Shown piece after piece: positions 1 through 8,733 of a stretch of 32,728 nt of DNA. The position numbers were made by a program, and so were the translations under genes. The notes beneath the pieces are model-generated. The model saw only the letters and a list, made by a program, of their open reading frames with translations. It was not told the DNA's origin and ran no database searches. Source of the DNA: a virus; UHGV virus genome UHGV-2172388, one strand, 5' to 3'. Numbering within the stretch: position 1 is the stretch's first letter; each line of letters opens with the position of its first letter.

Positions 1-634
1 TGCTATGTCCCTTCATTGACGCTTTTCTATTTTCTCAGCGTGTTTTCCGCAAACTTTATTCACCCATATGGATACTTCGATTCCGAGCGGCGGCTGTCTT
101 GTTCACAATTTCGATCACGAGGTGCTCCTCTGGCGCATATTTAACGATCTGGAGGCTTGGGTCGAGAGAGCGGTTCTGACCAAAAGCGGGCATCGATGGC
201 ATCAGCACAGCGCTGCAATGCCCCCGGTTGTCGATACCATGGCATTTGCTGATAGGGTCACATGGTATTTGCTATATCTTCGATTCAGCGTCGGCCTTAT
301 ACCATGAAAAATGCCATTGATAATGCAGTCAATATCATCAATGGCACTCACTAAATCAAATAAAACAATAGTTTAAATAATAGCCTCACTCCCACTCGAT
401 TATCTACAGCCAACTTAATCAATTGATTTTAATAATCTAAATCGAGACCTACTACCCAATTTACCGTCAGTTTTACCGTCCACAGAAGAAAGTAACCCAA
501 CGGCAACGAGTTATCATTACCGGGCATATTAACATGCTGGCCAGTGGAAGAATGGGAAGTAAATGGCAGGCAAACATAATGGCTGCTTTTTAACCTATCT
601 ATATATACCAAAGTCCGTGGGGGCTTCGGAAAAA

Positions 635-910
635 GGTAACCTTCGTAACCTGCAACGAAAAATCAAAATAACTTAATGAATAAAAAGGATTTTTCAAAAA
701 CAGAGAAAGGTAATCTTCTGGTAACCAAAGGGTAATCAGGTTACCTTTTATAATAGTGATCTCTTCTAATTGGTAACATTATGATTTATATGAAAATATA
801 AAACAGGTTACCTTTTGGGTTACCTCAGATTACCTTTTATGGGTAACCAAATTTCTCTTTTATAAACAATAGAATAAGCATTATTTTTACTGCCAATTAC
901 TGAGGTTACC
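635..910. repeat. Iteron-like array: 7 perfect GGTNACC copies (GGTAACC/GGTTACC) plus about 5 one-mismatch copies, often as AGGTTACCTTTT, in AT-rich non-coding DNA
   Basis: Direct reading: perfect copies start at 635, 720, 739, 806, 818, 842, 904; near-copies at 644, 709, 731, 772, 828. No convincing ORF overlaps. Confidence 0.6.
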
Positions 911-1099
911 TTTTCCCGACAGGCGATCCAAAAATACCGAAAGGATCGTGGCATTGTCCTCCCGATCGTCTCTGGCGCATACACAGGGCGCATAAATCCG
1001 CATGATTCTGCTGTACCTGCAACCCGACCACGCCCTCCCGTTATGGCCCGCTCCGACGCTTACGCACCAGTGCAAAAAAAGCGATCTATTTACTGCGCA

Positions 1100-1118
1100 G
1101 GCGTGGCGGGGTCACAAC
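1100..1118. other. cos: Candidate cos (cohesive end) site, GGCGTGGCGGGGTCACAAC
   Basis: Resembles the P2/186 19-nt cohesive end (GGCGAGGCGGGGAAAGCAC as I recall it) and lies just outside the portal gene where P2 has cos. Similarity judged from memory only. Confidence 0.3.
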
Positions 1119-1164
1119 CGCGCGCTGGCGGTGCTGGCTGGAGATTCTGGCGGTGAGAAGGCGT

Positions 1165-1188
1165 AAAAAAACCCGCAGGAAGCGGGCT
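1165..1188 (-). terminator. Rho-independent terminator downstream of Q (minus strand)
   Basis: GC stem CCCGC/GCGGG with 5-nt loop; A7 run on the plus strand gives a T7 run after the hairpin on the minus strand, about 45 nt past the Q stop. Confidence 0.45.
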
Positions 1189-1233
1189 GAATGACGCGTG
1201 GTGGCGCTGACGGAGAGTTGGTCGTTGGTGGGG

Positions 1234-2214
1234 TTACTCTGAATCGTCGTCGGCAAGGCGGTACTTTTTGAAGCGAATAACCTCCAGCCCCAACCAGTCG
1301 TTCAGTTCCTTAAAGCGTTCCTGCAGCGGCTCGATCTCATTGCAGTTGAATACCTTCGCCGCTTTGATGGCATCACCAAAGCCACCGGCGTTACTCGGTA
1401 CCACGCCCATGAGCGCGGGCGGTACCCGGTGCGCGGCTAACTGGTCGTCACGGCTGACGCTTTTAATATCGGAGAAGTTATCTTTCGCCGCCACCTCGCC
1501 AATCGGGATCACCTTTACGCTGTCCGGTTTGCCGTTCGGCAGATACATCAGCAGATTGCGGAAGTTGCCGGGGCCACGGCTATTCGCCAGCGCCTCCTGT
1601 AACGCCCCAATATCCGCCTCGTTATGGGCTGGGTCGCTCAGGTAGAGGATGAAACCGGCATGACTGCCGTTCTTGTAGTAGCGACGGCGAAACAGCGTGG
1701 CGGAGTTATCCAGCCATGCCGCGTTCAGCGCAGAGAGGTATTCAGGCAGGCCGTAGATTTCCTGATTGATATCCGGCTCCAGTAGGTGGCCGATACTGCC
1801 CGACGCAAACTCATGATCCACTTTACCGGGCTGAACAAAGAAATAGCTGTCCAGCGCCTTGCCGCGCCGGACATACTTCGCCAGCGCAGGCACCAGCGTT
1901 AACGGCTGGCCCAGCCGGTTATCCTGCCGCTCCAGATAGGCATTGCCGAACACCAGATAGTCCAGCGCAAGGCGGCTGAACGCCTGCCGGGTCAACAACG
2001 TATGAGGTATGAAGGTACCAACCAGCACATTGCGCTTCACGCAGATCGGGCTGGTATGATGTGCCGAAGCGCGGAACGACAGCGCCAGCGAATTAAAATC
2101 CACCGGCGGCGCATACCATTTGCCAAAGTCTACGCACTCCAGATAGTTCAGTATTTCCCGCCTGTCCAGCAGAGCTTCGGGTTCACCGAAGGTGAAAGCC
2201 ATTGTGTTATTCAT
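1234..2214 (-). CDS. Q: Portal protein (P2 gpQ-like)
   Basis: 326-aa ORF; position and orientation as in P2; start ATG overlaps the P stop as ATGA; sequence recalled as P2 Q family. Confidence 0.85.
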   Translation of the reverse strand: MNNTMAFTFGEPEALLDRREILNYLECVDFGKWYAPPVDFNSLALSFRASAHHTSPICVKRNVLVGTFIPHTLLTRQAFSRLALDYLVFGNAYLERQDNRLGQPLTLVPALAKYVRRGKALDSYFFVQPGKVDHEFASGSIGHLLEPDINQEIYGLPEYLSALNAAWLDNSATLFRRRYYKNGSHAGFILYLSDPAHNEADIGALQEALANSRGPGNFRNLLMYLPNGKPDSVKVIPIGEVAAKDNFSDIKSVSRDDQLAAHRVPPALMGVVPSNAGGFGDAIKAAKVFNCNEIEPLQERFKELNDWLGLEVIRFKKYRLADDDSE

Positions 2215-3994
2215 CCGTACACCTTAATTAAGCCCCGCCCGCTGTTCGCGCCGCCGGAGCTTTCCAGTGGTTCATTGATAATGGCGTGCATACACGCCCA
2301 TGCCAGATCCGCGTGGGAGACTTCTTCCGAACGGCTGGCCTCGAAGGTTACCTGACGCCCGGACGGAGTCAGGGTTTTGCGGATCGCCATAAATGCCTGC
2401 GCCAGATCCGTCCATCCGGCGTCAAACTCCAGTCGGCGTTTACGGACAACGTCCAGCGTTTTCAGCACCAGACGCTGTTTCACTTCTGGGGAATAAGAGA
2501 ATGCCTGCACTGCCGGGAAGAACTGTTTCACCAGTTGATGCACGCCGTGGCCGATGCCGGTCACGTCAATACCGATGTAAGTCACGTTATAGCGCTCGGT
2601 AATTTTGCGGATATTTTCCGCCTGCGCCGCGAAGTCCATCCCGTGCCACTGGTGCTTTTCAATTACCCGAAACTTGCCGCCCTCAATGACCGGCGGCGCG
2701 ACCACCACGCATCCGGCGCTGTCGCCGCTTAACGCCGGATCGTAGCCCACCCATACCGAGCGTTCGCCGAGCGGACGCAGGGCAAACGGCTTGTAGTCGT
2801 CCCAGACTTCCCAGCTATCGACCATGCAACCCTGCAACATGCTGAGCGGGAATACCGATGCGGTATCGTCAATAAACTGGCACATAAACAGGTTGGCGAA
2901 CTCTTCCGGCGAGTTCTCCAGCCTGAGTTGCTCAAGGTCGAACAGGTCATAACCCTGATTGATGGCATCCTCAACGGTGACGATTTGCCGCCACTGGCCG
3001 TCTTCACACAACCGCCCTGCCGACAGCGCCCGATGGCTGATATCCAGTCGAATCTGTTCGCTCTTCGGCCTGCCCTTGTTGAACAGTTGCCCTGTCCAGA
3101 ACTTATAGGCTTCATGGGTGATGCTGGACGGCGTGGAGAAGTAGGTTTGCCGCCAGCGCTTCTGGCTGGCCATCCCCGCCGCGTTACGGCGCAGTTCCAG
3201 AAAGCGGTGTATCCAGAAGTATTCATCCAGATACAGGTTGCCATGATAGGTCTGGGCGGTGCGGGCATTAGTGCCGAGAAAATACATCCGGCTATCATTA
3301 TGCGGCAGGTGAATGACTTCGCCTTTCAGCTCAACATCCGCCTCACGAGCAAAATCGACAATGTACTGGCGGACTGGTGCGCCTGCGCTTTGGAAGCAGA
3401 GAGAAAGATCTGGTTGCGCCCACTTTCCACCGCATCCATAAACCCTTCCCGCCCGAAGAACATCGTCGCCCCAATCTGGCGCGACTTGTTGATATCGCGG
3501 ATACGGTGTTCCAGTCCGGCGCGGTACCAGTGTTTCTGGTGCGGATACAGCCCGTCCAGAAATAGCTGTTTCAGCTTCTCCGCCTGCTCCTCGCTGATAT
3601 GGTTGGTTTCCGGCTGTCTGCGCGGCCCGGCGTTACGCTTCGCAAGAGCAGGATTCAGGTCGACCTCATTGCCTCCCTGCTGATAGCGTTCAACCCTTGC
3701 CCCGCGCTCCATCTGCCGCCAGAGCAGGTCGATCTCCTTAAAATCCTTCCCCTCTTTATTTTCCTTCACCGTGAGCTGGATCAGACGCGCCTCGGTCACC
3801 GCCGTCACCCGCTCCAGCGGGGCGGATTCATCCCAGCCGTCGCGCCGCTTCCAGCTATGCAGCGTGGTAACTTTCACCCCCAACAGTTCGGCGATCCGCG
3901 CGATGCGAAAACCCTGCCAGTACAGATAGCGGGCTTTGCGGCGTGGATCTTCATCCTGAAGGGCAAGCAGATGTTTTTCGATGTCTGGCGGCAT
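2211..3994 (-). CDS. P: Terminase large (ATPase) subunit, P2 gpP-like, interrupted by an apparent frameshift near 3376-3392 (possible pseudogene or sequencing error)
   Basis: Two ORFs in different frames (3326..3994, 222 aa N-terminal part; 2211..3287, 358 aa nuclease part). The downstream frame stays open upstream to about 3500 and reads ...[17 protein letters not shown]... Together about 590 aa, the size of gpP. Confidence 0.8.
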
Positions 3995-4051
3995 AACGTC
4001 CTCTCGTTTCTGCCGTCAGCGTAAACAAGCCGCTGCCTGCGCGTAGCAATG

Positions 4052-4079
4052 CCGCTTGTAACCCGGATGATTACAAGCG
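4052..4079. promoter_or_regulatory. Late-promoter activator (Ogr-type) dyad CCGCTTGTA-N11-TACAAGCG upstream of O (possibly shared with divergent P-Q operon)
   Basis: Perfect dyad; centre 84 nt upstream of the O ATG; same motif recurs before X, V and FI. Confidence 0.6.
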
Positions 4080-4149
4080 AAGCCCGTTGCCTGATAGCGG
4101 AGGACTACCCGACCATTCGCTTATTTAGCCAACGCCGGGACTGAACGTT

Positions 4150-4977
4150 ATGGACAAAAAGCCAAAGAAAAAACTGCTCTCTAAATGGGTGCGTATCGCC
4201 GTAGAAGGCGCAACCTGCGACAAGCGCACTATTGAACGCCAGTGGATCGAGCAAATGGCCGATACATACAGCCCAAAAGTGTACGGCGCGCGCATTAATC
4301 TGGAGCACCTGAAAGGCATCCTGCCGGACGGCCCGTTCCAACGCTACGGCGACGTGGCGATGGTGAAGAAAGAAGAGATCGCCGAAGACGGCCCCCTGAA
4401 AGGCAAACTGGCGCTGCTGGCACGTCTGGCCCCAACGGATTCATTGGTCGAAATGAACCGCAAAGGGCAGAAGGTTTATACCTCGGTGGAAGTCGATCCG
4501 AAATTTGCCGATACAGGCAAAGCCTATCTGGTCGGGCTGGCAGTCACCGACGATCCGGCCAGTCTCGGCACCGAAATGCTCTCCTTCTGCGCCAGCGCGC
4601 AGAGCAACCCGCTGGCGGCGCGTAAGCGCTCGCCGGAGAACATTTTCAGCGTGGCAGAAGAGATTGAACTGGAGTTTGAAGAAGTGGAGGAAAGCAGCGG
4701 CGAATCGCTGTTTACCCGCATCAAGGCGCTGTTAAGTAAAAAGCAGAACCACGACGACCAGCAACGGGACGACGTGCATCTGGCGGTGGAGGAAGTAGCG
4801 ACGTTCTGTAGCGAACAGGTCGACCAAATTCGCGCTGAGCTGTCTGAACTGCAAACGCAGCATCAGCAGCTACAGGCCGATTATTCCACGCTGAAAACTC
4901 AGCTTGCAAAGCAACCGGCCACACCATCGCGCCAGCCTGCCACCGGTGGCAACACCGACCTGAAAACCGACTGTTAA
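4150..4977 (+). CDS. O: Capsid scaffolding protein (P2 gpO-like)
   Basis: 275-aa ORF, acidic/coiled-coil C-terminal half, synteny between P and N. Confidence 0.85.
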   Translation: MDKKPKKKLLSKWVRIAVEGATCDKRTIERQWIEQMADTYSPKVYGARINLEHLKGILPDGPFQRYGDVAMVKKEEIAEDGPLKGKLALLARLAPTDSLVEMNRKGQKVYTSVEVDPKFADTGKAYLVGLAVTDDPASLGTEMLSFCASAQSNPLAARKRSPENIFSVAEEIELEFEEVEESSGESLFTRIKALLSKKQNHDDQQRDDVHLAVEEVATFCSEQVDQIRAELSELQTQHQQLQADYSTLKTQLAKQPATPSRQPATGGNTDLKTDC

Positions 4978-4987
4978 GGAACCCCCG

Positions 4988-6007
4988 ATGCGTAACGAAA
5001 CCCGCTTAAAATACAACGCTTACGTTGAAACCGTCGCCGGGCTGTCCGGTGTCCAGAGCGCCGCCGTCGAATTCACGGTAGAACCTTCCGTACAGCAGAC
5101 GCTGGAAACCAAAATTCAGGCGTCCGTAGAATTCCTGACCAAAATCAACGTCCATGAAGTGGTGGATCAGGAAGGAGAAAAAGTCGGCATCGGCATTGAT
5201 CGCCCCACGGCCAGCCGCACCGATACCAGCCAGCGTGAGCGTGAACCCGTCGACCCCACGTCGATGACGACTAACCGCTACCGCTGCGAAAAAACCAACT
5301 ACGACACCGCGCTGAAATACGCCAAACTGGACGCATGGGCCGCCCACCCGGATTTTCAGATCCGCGTGCGCGACAGCATCACCCGGCGACAGGGATTAGA
5401 CCGCATCCTGATTGGCTTCAACGGTATCCTCGTTGCAGCCCAGACCGACTTCCAGCGTTACCCCCTTCTGCAGGACGTTAACAAAGGCTGGCTGCAGCAG
5501 TATCGCGACCACGCCCCGGAACGCGTCATGAACGAAGGTGTGGAAGGTTCCGGCAAAATCATCATTGGCAAAGGCGGCGACTATGAGAATCTGGACGTCA
5601 TGGTCAATGACGGCGAAGAAAACCTGATTGACGAATGGCATGTCGACGGCGCAGATCTGGTCGCCATTTGTGGCCGTGGCGTCCTGCACGACAAATACTT
5701 CCCGATACTCAACCAGCACAATGAGAACAGCGAAAAACTGGCGGGGCAGATTCTGGTCAGCCAGAAAACCATCGGCGGTCGCCCTGCCGTGCGCGTGCCG
5801 GGTTTCCCGCGCAACACCATTCTGGTCACCGCCTTCAGTAACCTGTCTATCTATGTCCAGAAAGGCACTCGCCGCCGCGCCATTATTGATAACCCCAAAC
5901 GTGACCGGGTAAAGAACTTCGAGTCCTCCAACGATGCCTTTGTGGTGGAAGACTTCGGCTGCGGTTGCCTGTTTGAGAATATCAAGTTTGAGGATAAAGA
6001 CGTATGA
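4988..6007 (+). CDS. N: Major capsid protein (P2 gpN-like)
   Basis: 339-aa ORF; N-terminus MRNETRLKYNAYVE and later motifs (GKGGDY, NLSIY) match recalled P2 gpN; RBS AAGGA upstream. Confidence 0.9.
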   Translation: MRNETRLKYNAYVETVAGLSGVQSAAVEFTVEPSVQQTLETKIQASVEFLTKINVHEVVDQEGEKVGIGIDRPTASRTDTSQREREPVDPTSMTTNRYRCEKTNYDTALKYAKLDAWAAHPDFQIRVRDSITRRQGLDRILIGFNGILVAAQTDFQRYPLLQDVNKGWLQQYRDHAPERVMNEGVEGSGKIIIGKGGDYENLDVMVNDGEENLIDEWHVDGADLVAICGRGVLHDKYFPILNQHNENSEKLAGQILVSQKTIGGRPAVRVPGFPRNTILVTAFSNLSIYVQKGTRRRAIIDNPKRDRVKNFESSNDAFVVEDFGCGCLFENIKFEDKDV

Positions 6008-6666
6008 TGACGCCTGCCCGCCGCCACCTGCTGCGCCATCAGGCGCAGGCCGCAAATCAACAGGAAAACCAGACCTACGCCAACGGCTATGAACTAATGC
6101 TGGCAAAGCTGGCAACCGATAAACGCCGCTTGAAAGCGATCCAGTCCATTGAACGCAAAATCGAGGTTAAGGGTGAACTGCTGCCCGATTACCAGCCGTG
6201 GGTAAGCGGCGTTCTGGCTGCCGACAGCCAACAGCAGGACGATGTGTTTATGACGGTGCTGCTCTGGACGCTGGATACCGGCGACTTTCCCGCTGCCTAC
6301 CCCATGGCGGAACACGCCCTGAAACACGGCTGGGTAACGCCGGATCAGTACCAGCGGCAGACCGCCTGCATGGTGGCTGAAGAAGTCGCCGACACCGCCC
6401 TGAAACAGCTTACCGCCGGTACCTTTGCGGCGCTGGACAGCCTGCTGGCCTTTGCCGGGCTGTTAGCCGATCAGGACATGCCGGATCAGGTTCGCGCTCG
6501 CCTGCACAAGGCATTGGGGCTGGCACAAAGCGAAAGCCAGCCGCAGGAGGCGCTGGCGCAGTTCCTGCGCGCACTACAACTGGATGAGAACGTCGGCGTG
6601 AAAAAGCTGATTGAGCAACTGGAGCGGCAAATTCGCAATAACCCGCCCGACCAGTCCACAGAGTGA
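6004..6666 (+). CDS. M: Terminase small (endonuclease) subunit (P2 gpM-like)
   Basis: 220-aa ORF overlapping the N stop; synteny. Confidence 0.8.
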   Translation: MMTPARRHLLRHQAQAANQQENQTYANGYELMLAKLATDKRRLKAIQSIERKIEVKGELLPDYQPWVSGVLAADSQQQDDVFMTVLLWTLDTGDFPAAYPMAEHALKHGWVTPDQYQRQTACMVAEEVADTALKQLTAGTFAALDSLLAFAGLLADQDMPDQVRARLHKALGLAQSESQPQEALAQFLRALQLDENVGVKKLIEQLERQIRNNPPDQSTE

Positions 6667-6751
6667 GACCCTCACGACCGGCGGCACGGCTGGCCGCGCG
6701 TGGTTATACCACTGCAACGCCCGCCGTCCACCGCCGAACAGGGAGAATATA

Positions 6752-7219
6752 ATGAGCTTTATTCAGGTTGCCCCCGCCGCCAGTCTGCCGGGGTTGGTTA
6801 TCAGCAACCACCCTTTCTTTCCCGATATTGATACGCAACATCTGCGTGCAACCCAACGGCTGGACAGCACCATTACCAACGAACGTCTGCGCGAGGCACT
6901 GCTGATTGCGCTGGCCAGCGTAAACGACGACCTGCGGGAATGGCGGCTGGAACAGGAAAACCGTGGCACAACTTACATTGCGGAAACCACGACCGAACGG
7001 CTGGACGGCGAAAGCGTTAACCAGCACCGCTACCGCCGCGCGGTGTACAGCCTGACGCACGCGAACCTGTTGGAACACTATCGTAACTTTGATGCCACCA
7101 CCCACGGCAGCAAACTGGCGGAACAGAAGGAAAGCATCGCTGACGATCTGGCGCGCGATGCCCGCTTCGCCGTGCGGGATATTCTGGGCAAGCCGCGCAG
7201 TACGTTTGTTCTGGTATAA
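6752..7219 (+). CDS. L: Head completion/stabilisation protein (P2 gpL-like)
   Basis: ATG at 6752 preceded by GGGAG RBS; the track ORF starts earlier at 6611 but the N-terminal extension lacks RBS context. Confidence 0.8.
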   Translation: MSFIQVAPAASLPGLVISNHPFFPDIDTQHLRATQRLDSTITNERLREALLIALASVNDDLREWRLEQENRGTTYIAETTTERLDGESVNQHRYRRAVYSLTHANLLEHYRNFDATTHGSKLAEQKESIADDLARDARFAVRDILGKPRSTFVLV

Positions 7220-7334
7220 AAAGAGTACGGATATGCGATGCGCATCACCGTATCGCCTCATCTGAACGCTGGATGCCCCTTCCCCACCAGAGTTAGTGTC
7301 TGACCCAACGAAAGAACCTACAGGGGAAAATACC

Positions 7335-7571
7335 ATGACTATTCAGGCCGCCAGAACCCGCCCAATGACCGATACCGCCCGCCGCATCAGAGACACCATA
7401 GTTAGCGTCGGCGTTCGCAGCACATGGCCGCTGAGCGATCTGGCCGACTACGCAGGTATAGAAATGGTTAACGCTGAATTTATTGTGACGCAGATGGAAC
7501 TGGCCGGTTACCTGAAGAAAACCCACTGGGGCCACTATATGTTAACCAGCGCGGGTATTGAGGCGGCATAA
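7335..7571 (+). CDS. Hypothetical small protein, possible winged-helix DNA-binding protein (accessory)
   Basis: 78-aa ORF from ATG 7335 with AGGGGAAAA upstream; not part of the P2 backbone; convergent with doc. Confidence 0.4.
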   Translation: MTIQAARTRPMTDTARRIRDTIVSVGVRSTWPLSDLADYAGIEMVNAEFIVTQMELAGYLKKTHWGHYMLTSAGIEAA

Positions 7572-7573
7572 TT

Positions 7574-7598
7574 AAAAACAGCCCGATCTGTCGGGCTG
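7574..7598 (-). terminator. Hairpin terminator between convergent genes (serves the doc transcript, possibly bidirectional)
   Basis: 8-bp stem CAGCCCGA/TCGGGCTG with 4-nt loop; A5 on the plus strand gives a T-run after the hairpin on the minus strand. Confidence 0.55.
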
Positions 7599-7603
7599 TA
7601 ACG

Positions 7604-7981
7604 TCAGGAAGCATTTACATCACTAAGGGTATAGAAAATATCGGCTAAATCATCCAGATTCAGCGTTCCCTCAGCCACATCCACCATAATATCTTCCAGC
7701 TTTTGTGTTCGCTTGAGGTTCACACCCTGCATATCAAGGTATGTCAACGCCGTCACCAGTGCCGTTCGCTTGTTGGCATCAGCAAAAACGTGCCCTCTGG
7801 CGATGGCAACCGCATAAGATGCGGCGATCTGGAAAATATCATTCATCTGCTCATACAGAATACGGTTATCCACCCGCGCCAGTGTTGCCTCGACCCGGCC
7901 AGCATCCTGATAACCAACCAATCCCGGCTCATGAGCAAGAATAAAATCGTGAATTCCAATCACCAAATGTGCATCAATCAT
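7604..7981 (-). CDS. doc: Doc-family toxin (Fic-fold kinase, death-on-curing)
   Basis: 125 aa; motif GHVFADANKRTAL matches the Doc/Fic signature HxFx(D/N)(A/G)NKR; overall layout resembles P1 Doc as recalled. Confidence 0.85.
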   Translation of the reverse strand: MIDAHLVIGIHDFILAHEPGLVGYQDAGRVEATLARVDNRILYEQMNDIFQIAASYAVAIARGHVFADANKRTALVTALTYLDMQGVNLKRTQKLEDIMVDVAEGTLNLDDLADIFYTLSDVNAS

Positions 7982-8166
7982 CGGTTAGCCAGCGCCTTAA
8001 TGACTTTGTTGTGTCTGGCATAAATACGTTCTGCCGACTTTTTAATCACACGCTCACCTTCCGGGCCGTCCAGTTTCATTTCGACGGGTACGAACTGCCC
8101 ACTCATACTGTCTCTTTTTACGACCTTGATACCGTATCGGCTGGCAGGACTGCTATTCTTCGCCAT
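7978..8166 (-). CDS. Putative Doc antitoxin, not Phd/YefM-like at the N-terminus (possibly AbrB/MazE-like), C-terminus ...NKVIKALANR
   Basis: 62-aa ORF, stop overlaps the doc start (ATGA); AGAGG RBS 10 nt upstream; C-terminal tail resembles the Doc-neutralising end of P1 Phd (...NKELVNR). Confidence 0.55.
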   Translation of the reverse strand: MAKNSSPASRYGIKVVKRDSMSGQFVPVEMKLDGPEGERVIKKSAERIYARHNKVIKALANR

Positions 8167-8212
8167 TATTTTTTACCTCTAATACTCTTTATTAAAAGTA
8201 TATACCTATCTG

Positions 8213-8392
8213 CTAATCTTTTGTTTCAATGCCTCGTGACTGAAGCTCTTTCCTGATAATTCGCTTAATCCACGCGGAAACAGAGGCATCACCATCAGCT
8301 TTAAGTGCCTGCTGAATTCCGGCCTCAAGAGCAGGATCTACTCGTAACGCGATTTGCTTACTGCCTTTGCCTTGAATAGAAATGGTTGACAC
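8213..8392 (-). CDS. Small ribbon-helix-helix-like protein (59 aa, GTG start), candidate regulator upstream of the antitoxin-doc pair
   Basis: Hand translation of the minus strand: VSTISIQGKGSKQIALRVDPALEAGIQQALKADGDASVSAWIKRIIRKELQSRGIETKD; AGGAG RBS 9 nt before GTG; below the 60-aa cutoff of the ORF track. Confidence 0.35.
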   Translation of the reverse strand: MSTISIQGKGSKQIALRVDPALEAGIQQALKADGDASVSAWIKRIIRKELQSRGIETKD

Positions 8393-8413
8393 TTGCTATA
8401 CTCCTGCTATATT
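8386..8413 (+). promoter_or_regulatory. Near-consensus sigma70 promoter TTGACA-16 nt-TATATT
   Basis: Direct reading; drives rightward toward ORFs 8527 and 8722. Confidence 0.45.
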
Positions 8414-8435
8414 TTCCTACAGTTAGTAAAGCAAG

Positions 8436-8455
8436 TGTATGACAACAGTCATACA
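8436..8455. promoter_or_regulatory. Perfect 8-4-8 palindrome TGTATGAC-AACA-GTCATACA (operator or leader hairpin)
   Basis: Direct reading; lies about 20-40 nt downstream of the -10 element. Confidence 0.45.
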
Positions 8456-8526
8456 AAAACAACGAAGCCCGCAGGTGCTACCAACACCAACGGGCCTCTG
8501 ACCACAACATTATTGAGGCTAATGCT

Positions 8527-8733
8527 ATGGCTACCGCTAATAGTAACATACGCGCACATTCAAAGCTCTACACCTTCCTGAACGCCCGTTCCAACCGCCT
8601 GCTGCGCGAGATCCAGCCATTGCGTCTGGTGTCCGTACTGGCAACAACAGAGATCGAGGCTCGCGACCTGCTGGCGGGTTTCCCGCTGGTATTTGTCTCC
8701 TGCAAGCCGCTGGAGGTGCGCCATGGTGCCTGA
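8527..8733 (+). CDS. Hypothetical protein (68 aa), accessory
   Basis: ORF with GAGG RBS; stop overlaps the next ORF start by 11 nt; no family recognised. Confidence 0.4.
   Translation: MATANSNIRAHSKLYTFLNARSNRLLREIQPLRLVSVLATTEIEARDLLAGFPLVFVSCKPLEVRHGA

Noticed and set aside
76-95. TTCGATTCC string suggesting a tRNA T-loop or att remnant
   Set aside because: Flanking bases cannot form a T-stem and no acceptor stem or CCA context is present; not a tRNA fragment.
68-307. 79-aa plus-strand ORF at the left edge
   Set aside because: No RBS, no recognisable family, and it lies in flank or prophage-end sequence of uncertain origin; left unannotated.
887-1075. 62-aa minus-strand ORF between the iteron array and the cos-like site
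   Set aside because: No start context, Cys/Arg-rich low-complexity translation; likely non-coding.
5396-6115. 239-aa minus-strand ORF across the N/M genes
   Set aside because: Antisense shadow ORF inside well-supported capsid and terminase genes in GC-rich DNA; no RBS or start context.
6611-6751. N-terminal extension of L from the track's upstream ATG
   Set aside because: Overlaps the end of M in another frame and lacks an RBS; ATG 6752 has a GGGAG RBS and gives the expected gpL size.
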